This document shows, in pieces, positions 1-8,856 of a stretch of DNA of 39,052 nucleotides. The translations under genes and the position numbers were made by a program. The first letter of the stretch is position 1. Each line of letters begins with the position of its first letter. Below the pieces are notes generated by a model, which made no database searches, was not told the DNA's origin, and saw nothing but the letters and a program-made list of their open reading frames with translations. Source of the stretch: Candidatus Margulisiibacteriota bacterium (lineage in GTDB: Bacteria > Margulisbacteria > Termititenacia > Termititenacales > Termititenacaceae); the NCBI GenBank assembly GCA_031268855.1, contig JAIRWS010000040.1, positions 1-39,052 of the forward strand, in the 5' to 3' direction.

Positions 1-72
1 GAGGTTTTTCATTGGTATCTCATTCCCTAAAACACTCCATTTTCAACAATGTTTGCATCGCTATTTCTATAT

Positions 73-1824
73 TTAAAGTTTATCAATTCTATCTTTAAGA
101 TGGCTTATAAAATCTCCATATTCAGTTTTAATATCATTTTTACTGACAGCTTTCATGATTTCATTTTTCATACTCTGCTTCTCTTCTTTGTTTCCATTAG
201 TTACAGTTTCGATATTCTCAATGGCACTTTTTTTCTCATTGTATACAAAAGTTGAACCGTCTTTGTTTATGTAATTAGTAATTAATTTCGAAGATATAAA
301 ATCTTCCATCGTTGAAATATCTTTTACAACGTCAGCATATGCTAACCACGATTCCGAAAACTCAGGATAAGCATTAACAAATTCATTCCGTTTACTATTG
401 GATACTGTATCAGAATCCGACACAATAATAAATTTCTTATGTGCGAGAATTAAAAGTTGCACTAGACACTCTACACCGGAAATACCCTTTAAATAAACCA
501 TGCCAATGTTTTTAAAATCGTTCACTTTTTTATTAAAAGCACAATATTTTTGAAAAAGCTCTTTATCAAGCCATCCTTCAAAAATAATATTTTTGTCTTG
601 TATACATTCAAAAATACTTGCGCCAATAGCATTCCGCAGTAATTCATCACTACTAAACGGCGCTTTCCGATCTGGTTTTACTGCTGTAGTAACATCATCT
701 TTTTTTTCAACAACCAAATGTCGATCTATGCAATTTGAATCTATCATATATTGTGAATGAGTAGAGTAAATCATCTTTGCATGTTCGCTTATTTTTAATA
801 ATTCATCCCGCAAATATCGCGCACTTGTAGGGTACAAACTCTGATCGGGTTCATCTATTAAAATAATATCTCGTTCACTCATCATATTGGAACGATCTTT
901 GGTAGATAACATCAACAATATACTAATGAATTTTTTAAATCCATCGCTCCTGTCTTCAAAAGAGTATTTCGTCTCATTAACTACTTTTATAGAAATTTCA
1001 TCGCCATTTGGGCGTAGCTCAATAGAAGTGTCTTTAAAGTCTTTCCATATCTTACGGAATGTCTGTGTTACGGTTTTTGATATTTGGCTTAATAAATTTT
1101 CATAATCTCCATCCTGTGATTTTGCATCTGAAAATTCGTTCTTAATATTTTCACGTTTGCACAAGACAAAAATATTTTCTAAAGATCTGTATTTGGTAGG
1201 ACTTGCGATGAAATCAGCAATAACTACACTATTTGATAACAAGGTCTTCTCATCATATTGCCAATAATGGCATCGATATACATTTTCCTTGTACAGTTCT
1301 TCGATTACTTCAAGGATACATGCCTGTAAGTTTTGTTCTGCGCCTACTACCTCTGTAGTAAACGATTTTCCACTAAGATACACCTCTTTTTCACATTCAA
1401 AATCTGTTCCAGAATAGCTCCCATAACTAAAATGTACTTTTTCATTATTCGCAATATCAATTTGAATTAAATATTCATAAAAAACAGATTTTATAAAATC
1501 TCGAATCGATTTATGACTTTTAAAAACAATACATTCTGTATTTACATACTTCGCTTTGAATCGACTCAATACGTCATCAATATCTTTTTCCGACAATTTC
1601 AGTATTGCTCGAACAAAATAATTCTCTATTTTTTCATTATTTATTCGTTTTCTTCTATCTTTATCTGATACTATATATTGTCCAAACACTGCCGCGATTG
1701 CTTTCAAAATATTACTCTTACCTGCTTCATTCTTGCCAAGCAAAATCAAGCAGTTATTATCAAATATGATAGTCTGTGATTTAATAGAACGAAAATTTTC
1801 AATCTCTATTTTAGTTAGTTCCAT
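73..1824 (-). CDS. OLD-family ATP-dependent nuclease (N-terminal ABC-type ATPase + C-terminal Toprim; GajA-like architecture)
   Basis: 583-aa ORF with AAGGAG about 8 nt upstream of the ATG. Walker A LLGKNEAGKS. Walker B/D-loop IILIDEPDQSLYP followed by STHS. C-terminal Toprim-like acidic motifs IIFEGWLD and FIIVSDSD. The gene is visibly far more AT-rich than the rest of the window. Confidence 0.75.
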   Translation of the reverse strand: MELTKIEIENFRSIKSQTIIFDNNCLILLGKNEAGKSNILKAIAAVFGQYIVSDKDRRKRINNEKIENYFVRAILKLSEKDIDDVLSRFKAKYVNTECIVFKSHKSIRDFIKSVFYEYLIQIDIANNEKVHFSYGSYSGTDFECEKEVYLSGKSFTTEVVGAEQNLQACILEVIEELYKENVYRCHYWQYDEKTLLSNSVVIADFIASPTKYRSLENIFVLCKRENIKNEFSDAKSQDGDYENLLSQISKTVTQTFRKIWKDFKDTSIELRPNGDEISIKVVNETKYSFEDRSDGFKKFISILLMLSTKDRSNMMSERDIILIDEPDQSLYPTSARYLRDELLKISEHAKMIYSTHSQYMIDSNCIDRHLVVEKKDDVTTAVKPDRKAPFSSDELLRNAIGASIFECIQDKNIIFEGWLDKELFQKYCAFNKKVNDFKNIGMVYLKGISGVECLVQLLILAHKKFIIVSDSDTVSNSKRNEFVNAYPEFSESWLAYADVVKDISTMEDFISSKLITNYINKDGSTFVYNEKKSAIENIETVTNGNKEEKQSMKNEIMKAVSKNDIKTEYGDFISHLKDRIDKL

Positions 1825-1847
1825 ATCAAAATTCTCCTTTATAAATA

Positions 1848-2331
1848 TTAAATTTTAGCATTTTCTCCCTCAAACACCTCTCCCAGCACCGCCTGCTTCA
1901 GGCCCTCTACCTGCCCTCTACGTTCTTTCACCTGCATTTCCAAATCATCAACCCAATTCAGCAATTTTTCAACCCGCTCAACAATGACACGCTGTTCAGC
2001 AACCGATGGGAGAGGGAGAATAGCCGTTGAAAGCAATTTTTGATTCAAATTGTCCATTGTCTGCCCTATCGAATTTTGTAATAAATACGTTTGAAAAAAC
2101 TTTGGCAGCAACAAAAATAGTTCCTAGAGCAAATTTGCTTTCTTGGTAATGAACATGGTTTAGAGCTTTCTTGTCATGTCCGGTTGATGACACTAACGGT
2201 ATGCAAACCGCTTCCGTATCGAATTGAGTTGTTACTAAAGAATATTTTCCTGGTATTGCACTTGCCAGACCGGTTTTACCTTTTATAATATTGCAAGGAG
2301 AGCCTATTGGGCATGTCTCCCACTCACTCAT
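1848..2331 (-). pseudogene. hsdS: Type I restriction-modification specificity subunit remnant (half-size, frameshifted)
   Basis: Two overlapping ORF fragments lie in different frames (1996..2352 and 1848..2114). The first reads like an HsdS target-recognition domain (SEWETCPIGSPCNIIKGKTG...). The second reads like the conserved HsdS helical region (LPLPSVAEQRVIVERVEKLLNWVDDLE). One frameshift near 2100-2114 is needed to join them. Only one TRD is present. Confidence 0.65.
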
Positions 2332-3703
2332 TCCCCGCCGCCTTTGCCACATATTTCTGCCTACGGCTATTCGGCTTATCGGGAATAGTGCGAATTAGTA
2401 ATCCTTCCTGTAATAACGGCTGAAGAATTTCTAAACGAAAATGTTCACGATGTTTCAAGCCAAGATACGCCTGGATTTCTTCCCTGCTCCTTGGGATAGA
2501 ACAAAATTCAAGTATCGTATTTTTTTTGCCCTCATCGACTTGCGCGGTGACTTGCGCGGTGACTTGCGCGGTATTTTTGTCAGCATCAGGATACCGATAA
2601 AATATCGCGTGGACAAAAGTGGAAAACTCATACTGCAAGGGCGGCAGACCGGCATCGGCAAGCATTTTCTGCATCCGCAAAATACCCGTTCCCATTTTTT
2701 CGATATATTCGAGACGCTGCATTAAGTTGGCAATATTCGGATTACGCAAAACACTTTCTTTGCCAAAATTTTCCACTTTTAATCCCCTGGGCAGGCCGCC
2801 CGGACTAACGATTTCCACACGGTCATCAAAAATTTCCACCATCACATTGGCGCCTTTTTCAAAATAATCGCGATGGATCACAGCATTGATGACAGCTTCA
2901 CGCAGCGCTTCGTAAGGGATTTCCGGTATTTCGATACGCGCCGGCGAGCCGTCAAACTCATAACGCAAATTAAGATGCCGTTTCAAAAAAATCATCGCCT
3001 GGTCAATGTTATCGACAATATCGGCATTAAAATCTTTACGGTCGAGGACTGTAACCTTATCGCGCCCCTTAAACAGCACGCAAGTTACCGTGGTATGAAA
3101 GAAATGATGCTCAAGGTTTTTGGCAAAAAACAATACAGCGGTGTTGTAATAATAACACTGGTCAAATTGCGTTTCTGCCGCGTGTAGATTTTTGAGTATT
3201 TCATTGGTGGCCAGCACAGACGAAATACCGGCAAGTTTCAGGAAACGGTGAAATTTTTCCCCATCAAAATCTTTCTTTTGAAAATCACGATTAACGAGTT
3301 CATCAAAACGGATTTTCCCCTCGGACTTTACAAACTCGATAATTTCATCGCGCTTCATTTTTTGGGAGTTTGGGCCAACCCGGTTATAAAAGCCTGAAGT
3401 GCAGCGATACGGTTTATCCGTCCCTTCCCGGACTTCAATAATGAGTATGTTTTTATACTTGCGGGAGATGATCTTCACCGGCGGGTCGCAATTTTGCGCA
3501 ATGTCCTGGATCTGCGACAATAATTTGTTATCTATTTCCAGACCGACAACCTTGTTTTTATCGCCGATGCCAAGATAAATGAATCCACCTGATCCATTGG
3601 CAAAAGCGACCATTTCTTTATCAAGATTGGCGCATTGTTCCTTAAATTCAATGCGGTAACCTTCGCCCTGCTCCAGTATATATTTCAATTCCTGCTCGTT
3701 CAT
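2324..3703 (-). CDS. AlbA_2 (Schlafen-like) domain / HATPase_c_4 / C-terminal wHTH putative DNA-binding protein (COG2865-type)
   Basis: 459 aa. N-terminal AlbA_2-like EGYRIEFKEQ...VAFANGSGGFIYLGIGD. Central REAVINAVIHRDYFEKGANVMVEIFDDRVEIVSPGGLP. Winged-helix-like tail. Its start codon abuts the hsdR remnant stop, and its stop overlaps the hsdS remnant. Confidence 0.7.
   Translation of the reverse strand: MNEQELKYILEQGEGYRIEFKEQCANLDKEMVAFANGSGGFIYLGIGDKNKVVGLEIDNKLLSQIQDIAQNCDPPVKIISRKYKNILIIEVREGTDKPYRCTSGFYNRVGPNSQKMKRDEIIEFVKSEGKIRFDELVNRDFQKKDFDGEKFHRFLKLAGISSVLATNEILKNLHAAETQFDQCYYYNTAVLFFAKNLEHHFFHTTVTCVLFKGRDKVTVLDRKDFNADIVDNIDQAMIFLKRHLNLRYEFDGSPARIEIPEIPYEALREAVINAVIHRDYFEKGANVMVEIFDDRVEIVSPGGLPRGLKVENFGKESVLRNPNIANLMQRLEYIEKMGTGILRMQKMLADAGLPPLQYEFSTFVHAIFYRYPDADKNTAQVTAQVTAQVDEGKKNTILEFCSIPRSREEIQAYLGLKHREHFRLEILQPLLQEGLLIRTIPDKPNSRRQKYVAKAAGNE
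2537..2572. repeat. Perfect 3 x 12-bp tandem repeat (gacttgcgcggt), in frame inside the AlbA_2 gene (encodes AQVT x3)
   Basis: Read directly from the sequence. The translated product shows NTAQVTAQVTAQVDEG in the linker before the C-terminal wHTH. Confidence 0.95.
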
Positions 3704-4044
3704 TAGGCCGCCTTATACAATTCTGTTTCCAGTTCCCAGATCGCCTGAAGGTAATTTTCCTTACTGCCAAAGACACTAATAATTTCCGCAGGAGTGCCAT
3801 AATCATTAAAAAGAATAATGTCCGCCCGTTTGCGCTCCCCCCTGGCGGTTTTGTTTCCTTTAACGAAAATGCGGCCATCAGTAAAATAGACTTCTTCACG
3901 GACTTGAGTTTCGAGATCCCAACCCGCATGAACAATATTCGGGATAATAAATTGAGTTACAATATCTCTTTCAGACAGGTCTTTTTTGTTTGTCACCTTA
4001 TTTATAGCCTCTTTAAGTAAGAATAACATTGATAGTATAAACAA
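3703..4044 (-). pseudogene. hsdR: Type I restriction enzyme R subunit remnant with the motor/helicase core deleted
   Basis: 113-aa ORF. SERDIVTQFIIPNIVHAGWD...RGERKRADIILF matches the HsdR N-terminal nuclease-fold region. The last ~25 aa (FGSKENYLQAIWELETELY) resemble the extreme HsdR C-terminus. The several hundred residues of helicase core expected between them are absent. Confidence 0.6.
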
Positions 4045-4119
4045 AAAAGATAGTCTTTATTAATTATAAAGAAAGCAAGGCGCTCGTCAGTTAATCCGGG
4101 CTGCTATCGATTTTCTTCG

Positions 4120-4908
4120 CTACACGCCCACGCTGACCGTTTCCGGCAGAGTGCTGCCGCCGTCAATGACGAATTGCGCGCCGGTCAGATAATTGGCTTT
4201 GGCGGAAGATAAAAAAGCCGCCAAATACCCGACTTCTTCCGGATCGGCCAGCCGTTTGAGCGGAACAGCGCTGGCAATACCTTGAATGACCGCGTCGGGA
4301 TTATCGGGATTAGACTGCTTGGCGATACTCTGCGCCATAGGCGTCAGGACATAACCCGGACAGATCGCATTGACGTTTATTTTATACGGCGCTAATTCCA
4401 CCGCCAGCGATTTGGTAAAGCCGACGAGCGCGGCTTTGGTCGTGGCGTAGGCCACTTCGCCGGGGTCGGCCACCATATCGCCGGTCACGGAAGACATTAT
4501 CACAATCTTGCCGCCGGCTTTCTGCAAATATGGCAAAACAATTTTGGTGACATTCCACACGCCTTTGATATTGACATCGAGATGCAAATTACGATCGGCA
4601 TCGCTCAACTCCGCGAAAAGACCGAGTTTGCAGACACCGGCATTATTGACCAGTATGTCGATACCGCCGTAAGTCTGCGCAGTTTTCTCCACTCCGCTTT
4701 TGATACTGGCCGGATCGGTCACATCCATTTTGAGCGCTAGCGCTTCCGCGCCGGATTTTTTTAATTCCGCCGCCAGCAGATCCGTCTGTGCGGAGCGGGC
4801 GGCTAGAGCGAGTTTCGCGCCTTCGGCGGCAAACACTTTGGCAATGCCGCTGCCGATACCCATCGACGCTCCGGTAATTAACGCAACTTTTCCAGCCAGT
4901 ATTCCCAT
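4120..4908 (-). CDS. Short-chain dehydrogenase/reductase (SDR, FabG-like)
   Basis: 262 aa. Cofactor motif TGASMGIGSG, NNAG, and catalytic YATTKAAL (YxxxK). Confidence 0.85.
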   Translation of the reverse strand: MGILAGKVALITGASMGIGSGIAKVFAAEGAKLALAARSAQTDLLAAELKKSGAEALALKMDVTDPASIKSGVEKTAQTYGGIDILVNNAGVCKLGLFAELSDADRNLHLDVNIKGVWNVTKIVLPYLQKAGGKIVIMSSVTGDMVADPGEVAYATTKAALVGFTKSLAVELAPYKINVNAICPGYVLTPMAQSIAKQSNPDNPDAVIQGIASAVPLKRLADPEEVGYLAAFLSSAKANYLTGAQFVIDGGSTLPETVSVGV

Positions 4909-4919
4909 AATAATCTCCT

Positions 4920-6335
4920 TTAATATTCTTGATCGCCGTCCGGAGTTTTCATCCAGACTTTGTCTTTACGCCATTTGAAAATCAGCATATAGCCCCACAA
5001 CAGCAGACCGACACCCATATAGCCGATGAAGCCGAACCAGGTCACAGGCGTAATACCAATCGTGCAGAAAAAGGCGATCACTATGGACACGGCCAGCGAA
5101 ATCCAGCGCAGCACATTGCCCCACGGCAGGACAAAAGGCCGTTTCCACTCCGGATGTTTTTTGGCCAGCGCCATAGAGGAAATCGTGCTGATCGCGTAGC
5201 AAAGCGCGCAGGCAAAAGCCATGAGATCAAAAAATGAACGAATGCTCTGCATCATAATAAACAAAATGCTGATGCCCAAAATTAAGAGATTCGGCAAAAT
5301 AGGCTGAGCGTGTTTGTTGGTGTACGAAAATGCTTTCGGCAGAAAGTTTTGCCGTCCCATAGCGTAGATCATCCGCACACCGGAATACCAGAAACCCAGC
5401 ACGCTGGTGGCGATAGGCAGCAGCACGCCGACCACGCCGAGTAGCAAGGCATACGCTGTCCAGCCGGGAAAAATTGTCAGGAACGCTTTGATCGAAACGA
5501 ACGGCGAGCAGTCGCCGTTATTGGTCAACTGCGCCCAAGGCATCACACCAGCCACTGCGAAATAAAATATCGCGTAAATTATGCCGCAAGTGAGAACCGA
5601 ACCCAGTATCGCTTTTTTCTGATCGTGGATCGGAAAAGTACCTTCCTCAACCAGCGCCGGCACGGTTTCAAAACCAAAGTACGGCGTGATCAGGAACGCC
5701 GCGCCGATGCACCAGCCTATCCATTGCGGCTTGAGCGTGTCCGCACCACCCAGAGCGGTAGAGAAAAAGCCGCCAAAATTGGCCAGCGACCACGAACCGG
5801 AGAAAAACAATAACAGCGAAGTCAAAACAATGCCGCCAATTGCGGAAAACAACATATAAGTCTGGACTTTACCGGCGATCACATTTTTCAACATCGACAA
5901 GGCAAACCAGAACAGCAGAGAAACCACGCCGATGCCCAGCATCACACCGTCCGACCAGCCGAGATTAAACTGAAAATTGATCCAGTCAATAATACCCAGC
6001 GTGCCAGCGGCTGGCACTGCTATCCACGCGCACATAATCAGCCAGCTCGACCAGAAACCAGCGTGTTTGTTCAGACCGATAGTATTGAACACCAGCGAAG
6101 AACCGGCGCTGGGCAGCATCGTCGAGAGTTCCGCATACACATAAGCGATCGGCAGACACATCAAAGTCATCATAATATAAGCCAGAAATGTCGCGGGGCC
6201 GCAGTAGGACAGGAAAATACCGTCCCAGTAACACATAAACGTAAAAATCGCGCCGGTAGCCAGCGCATAGACATACAACAGGCTCAGCGATTTACGCAGA
6301 GCATTCTGTCCACCTTCTACAATATTTTTTACCAT
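4920..6335 (-). CDS. APC-superfamily amino acid/amine permease
   Basis: 471 aa, about 12 hydrophobic segments, APC-like N-terminal region (SLLYVYALATGAIFTF...). Lies 11 nt upstream of the SDR gene. Confidence 0.8.
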   Translation of the reverse strand: MVKNIVEGGQNALRKSLSLLYVYALATGAIFTFMCYWDGIFLSYCGPATFLAYIMMTLMCLPIAYVYAELSTMLPSAGSSLVFNTIGLNKHAGFWSSWLIMCAWIAVPAAGTLGIIDWINFQFNLGWSDGVMLGIGVVSLLFWFALSMLKNVIAGKVQTYMLFSAIGGIVLTSLLLFFSGSWSLANFGGFFSTALGGADTLKPQWIGWCIGAAFLITPYFGFETVPALVEEGTFPIHDQKKAILGSVLTCGIIYAIFYFAVAGVMPWAQLTNNGDCSPFVSIKAFLTIFPGWTAYALLLGVVGVLLPIATSVLGFWYSGVRMIYAMGRQNFLPKAFSYTNKHAQPILPNLLILGISILFIMMQSIRSFFDLMAFACALCYAISTISSMALAKKHPEWKRPFVLPWGNVLRWISLAVSIVIAFFCTIGITPVTWFGFIGYMGVGLLLWGYMLIFKWRKDKVWMKTPDGDQEY

Positions 6336-6368
6336 TTTTATTTACCTCCTCTAAATTTTTTTTGCCGT

Positions 6369-7418
6369 TCACAAATACTTGCCGAGATACTCTTCCGCCA
6401 GCCGCACACTGCCGTCCGCATAACCGACGCTCAACGCCTTTACCGGAGTGCTTCCGCTATGGCTGGTCAGCCAAGCCAGAAGCTGCAGCCTGCGCTGCAT
6501 AATAAAGGTGTTAATTTCCGCCAGATCCGTTTTGGCTAGAGGCAGCACTTTTTGATAACCGGACAGCCAATTCTCGACCAGGTGTTTGGTGATCGATTTG
6601 TGCTCGATGAAACTCACAGCGGAAGCCAGATCATGCAGATACCAGCTAAAACCGCAGTCATCAAAATCAATGACTTTGATAGTCATGCCGTCCACCAACA
6701 GATTGGCCAGCCGCAGGTCAGCGTGGATCAAGCCGAAATTCTTTTTAGTCTGCCCGTATTTTTTCAAGCGTTTTTCAATAATGCCGGAAACTCTCGCCAA
6801 AATATCGATGCCCTCGCCGGTGAGATCCGGCGCATCCTGCCAGCGTCCCCAGCGAGGCTTGGCGCCAAGCATTGTGTCATGGTTCCAGACAAAACGATCC
6901 AGCGCGCGCGCCGTCGGCCAAGTGCGCGTGTTGCGGTGCAGATAGGCTGTTATCTCGCCCAGATCGCTAAAACTGCGTAACATTTCGGCTTCGTCATTTT
7001 CATCAGGCGCGCGGCCTTCCATAAATTCATACAGCACGCTGGTGTAGGTGTCTTGGGTTAGAGAGCTTTTTAAGAATTGAATATACTCGCCGTCCAGCCC
7101 TTTGAGCGGCTCGGCGACCACAACCGCCGTGTATTTTTTGACGTACTCCACCCACGTTAATTCCGCTTTTAATTCGCCAAGCGTGTGATAACCCGGACGG
7201 CTGATGCGCAACACCGCGCGGTCGCGGCTCAATTTATTCGTGACCAGATAAGTGATGTTCTCGGACAACTGCAACAACCCGGCCTCCCAGTACGGCTCTT
7301 TAAAATACTGGCGTATCGCATCCCGCGCCAGATCGTCAAATAATTCCTCATCCAGCGCGACGGCGACAGCTTGTTCCGCTTTGGTTATTTCCGGCATTTT
7401 TGTTTTTGTCCCAGCCAT
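6369..7418 (-). CDS. APH-fold phosphotransferase (aminoglycoside/choline/amino-alcohol kinase family)
   Basis: 349 aa. Brenner-type catalytic loop LIHADLRLANLLV and metal-binding IDFDDCGFSWYLHDLA. Confidence 0.75.
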   Translation of the reverse strand: MAGTKTKMPEITKAEQAVAVALDEELFDDLARDAIRQYFKEPYWEAGLLQLSENITYLVTNKLSRDRAVLRISRPGYHTLGELKAELTWVEYVKKYTAVVVAEPLKGLDGEYIQFLKSSLTQDTYTSVLYEFMEGRAPDENDEAEMLRSFSDLGEITAYLHRNTRTWPTARALDRFVWNHDTMLGAKPRWGRWQDAPDLTGEGIDILARVSGIIEKRLKKYGQTKKNFGLIHADLRLANLLVDGMTIKVIDFDDCGFSWYLHDLASAVSFIEHKSITKHLVENWLSGYQKVLPLAKTDLAEINTFIMQRRLQLLAWLTSHSGSTPVKALSVGYADGSVRLAEEYLGKYL

Positions 7419-7434
7419 ACGGCCGCTCCTTTTT

Positions 7435-8694
7435 TTAAGCCTGCGACAAAATATCCGCTCTGGACGTTTTGATACCCGCGCTCAAGCGTTCTAATAATTC
7501 GTCACAATATTCCTTGGTGCAAAGCACGCCAGGCTTGAATTGCAAAACGCTGTTATTGAGCATCGAGTAGATCGCCCAGACGCCGTGCTCGTTATACAGA
7601 CGCTGCATCACCGGTAACGCGCCTTTTGCTCCGGCGAAAACTAAGCCCATGATGAGGCCGTTTTGGCGAATATCGAGAAAGGTGTCTTGGTTTTCGGCTT
7701 TAATTTTTTCTAAACCAGCGCGCAGGTATTGCGCAACAAACGCGACATTAGCGACGGTTTCCTGACGCTGCAAAATTTCCAAAACTTTGTGCGCCACAAT
7801 GCAGCCCAGTTCTGTGCCACCGTAGGTGGACATATGCGCGCTGCCGTCCAGATGTATCCACTTGGCCGCCTGATCGTTCATTACCACCGCGGAGATAGGG
7901 TAGATACCGCCGCTGAAACCTTTGGAAGTCACGATCATATCCGGCGCGACATCATAAGTAGAAATGCACCACATCCGGCCGCTGCGCAAAAGCCCCGTCT
8001 GTATCTCGTCAGCGATATACAGCGCGCCGTATTTTTCGCACAGCTTTTTGACCGCCGATAAATAGCCGGCTGCCGGCAGCGGAAATCCGTAAGTCGCCGG
8101 TATCGTTTCCATAATCACGCAGGCCGCGTCGCCTTTGCTAAATTCTTTTTCCATAGCGTCAAGATCATTGAAAGGCACTTTGGCGTTTTCGTCCGCGTCT
8201 TTCTCCAAAAGAAAAGGCCGCGCAAATCTTTCCGCGCCGGCGGACACCGCTAAGCCCGTGTGTCCGTGATAGCAGTTCTCCACCGAGATGATTTTTTTGC
8301 GGCTGGTGGCGCAGCGCGCGCTTTTCAAAGCCAGATCCACAGCCTCCGCGCCAGCCGCGCCAAATATCGCGTGTGTCATACCCGCCGGCGAAACCTTGAT
8401 CAATTCTTTGGCTAGAGCGGCCTTGTGCGGCGAAGGAAAATGATGATTACCGATGTCGTAATTTTCCAGTCCCTTGACCAGTGTTTCCATAATTTCCGGA
8501 TTGCGGTGGCCAAGACTGAATGTTCCGCCGTTGATATGCACATCCATCAGCCGCTTGCCGTCCATGTCCCAGAAGTAATAACCCTCTCTTTTGCCCATTA
8601 CAAAATTTATGCCTAAATCCTGCCACTCCTGCGTTTTACCGGTGTTCCAGTAGCACAGAGAATCCGCAATAACTTGTTCTTTGACTGAAACCAT
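7435..8694 (-). CDS. Class-III PLP-dependent aminotransferase-fold enzyme (transaminase or phospho-lyase)
   Basis: 419 aa. IADEIQTGLLRSGRMW followed by the PLP-lysine context VTSKGFSGG. First gene of a tightly spaced four-gene operon (gaps of 16, 33 and 11 nt). Confidence 0.85.
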   Translation of the reverse strand: MVSVKEQVIADSLCYWNTGKTQEWQDLGINFVMGKREGYYFWDMDGKRLMDVHINGGTFSLGHRNPEIMETLVKGLENYDIGNHHFPSPHKAALAKELIKVSPAGMTHAIFGAAGAEAVDLALKSARCATSRKKIISVENCYHGHTGLAVSAGAERFARPFLLEKDADENAKVPFNDLDAMEKEFSKGDAACVIMETIPATYGFPLPAAGYLSAVKKLCEKYGALYIADEIQTGLLRSGRMWCISTYDVAPDMIVTSKGFSGGIYPISAVVMNDQAAKWIHLDGSAHMSTYGGTELGCIVAHKVLEILQRQETVANVAFVAQYLRAGLEKIKAENQDTFLDIRQNGLIMGLVFAGAKGALPVMQRLYNEHGVWAIYSMLNNSVLQFKPGVLCTKEYCDELLERLSAGIKTSRADILSQA

Positions 8695-8856
8695 CTTTTT
8701 CTCCTTTATTACATTTTTGCAGTTTATTATATTTTATATACTTTTTTGTATAAAATTTGCGCGGAGTATACATAACTGCATTATTGTTGTCAAGCAGTTT
8801 TTCACGCTTTTACAACCGCGTAAAAACAACAAAAATTAAGAAAGAAAAAACGGGAG

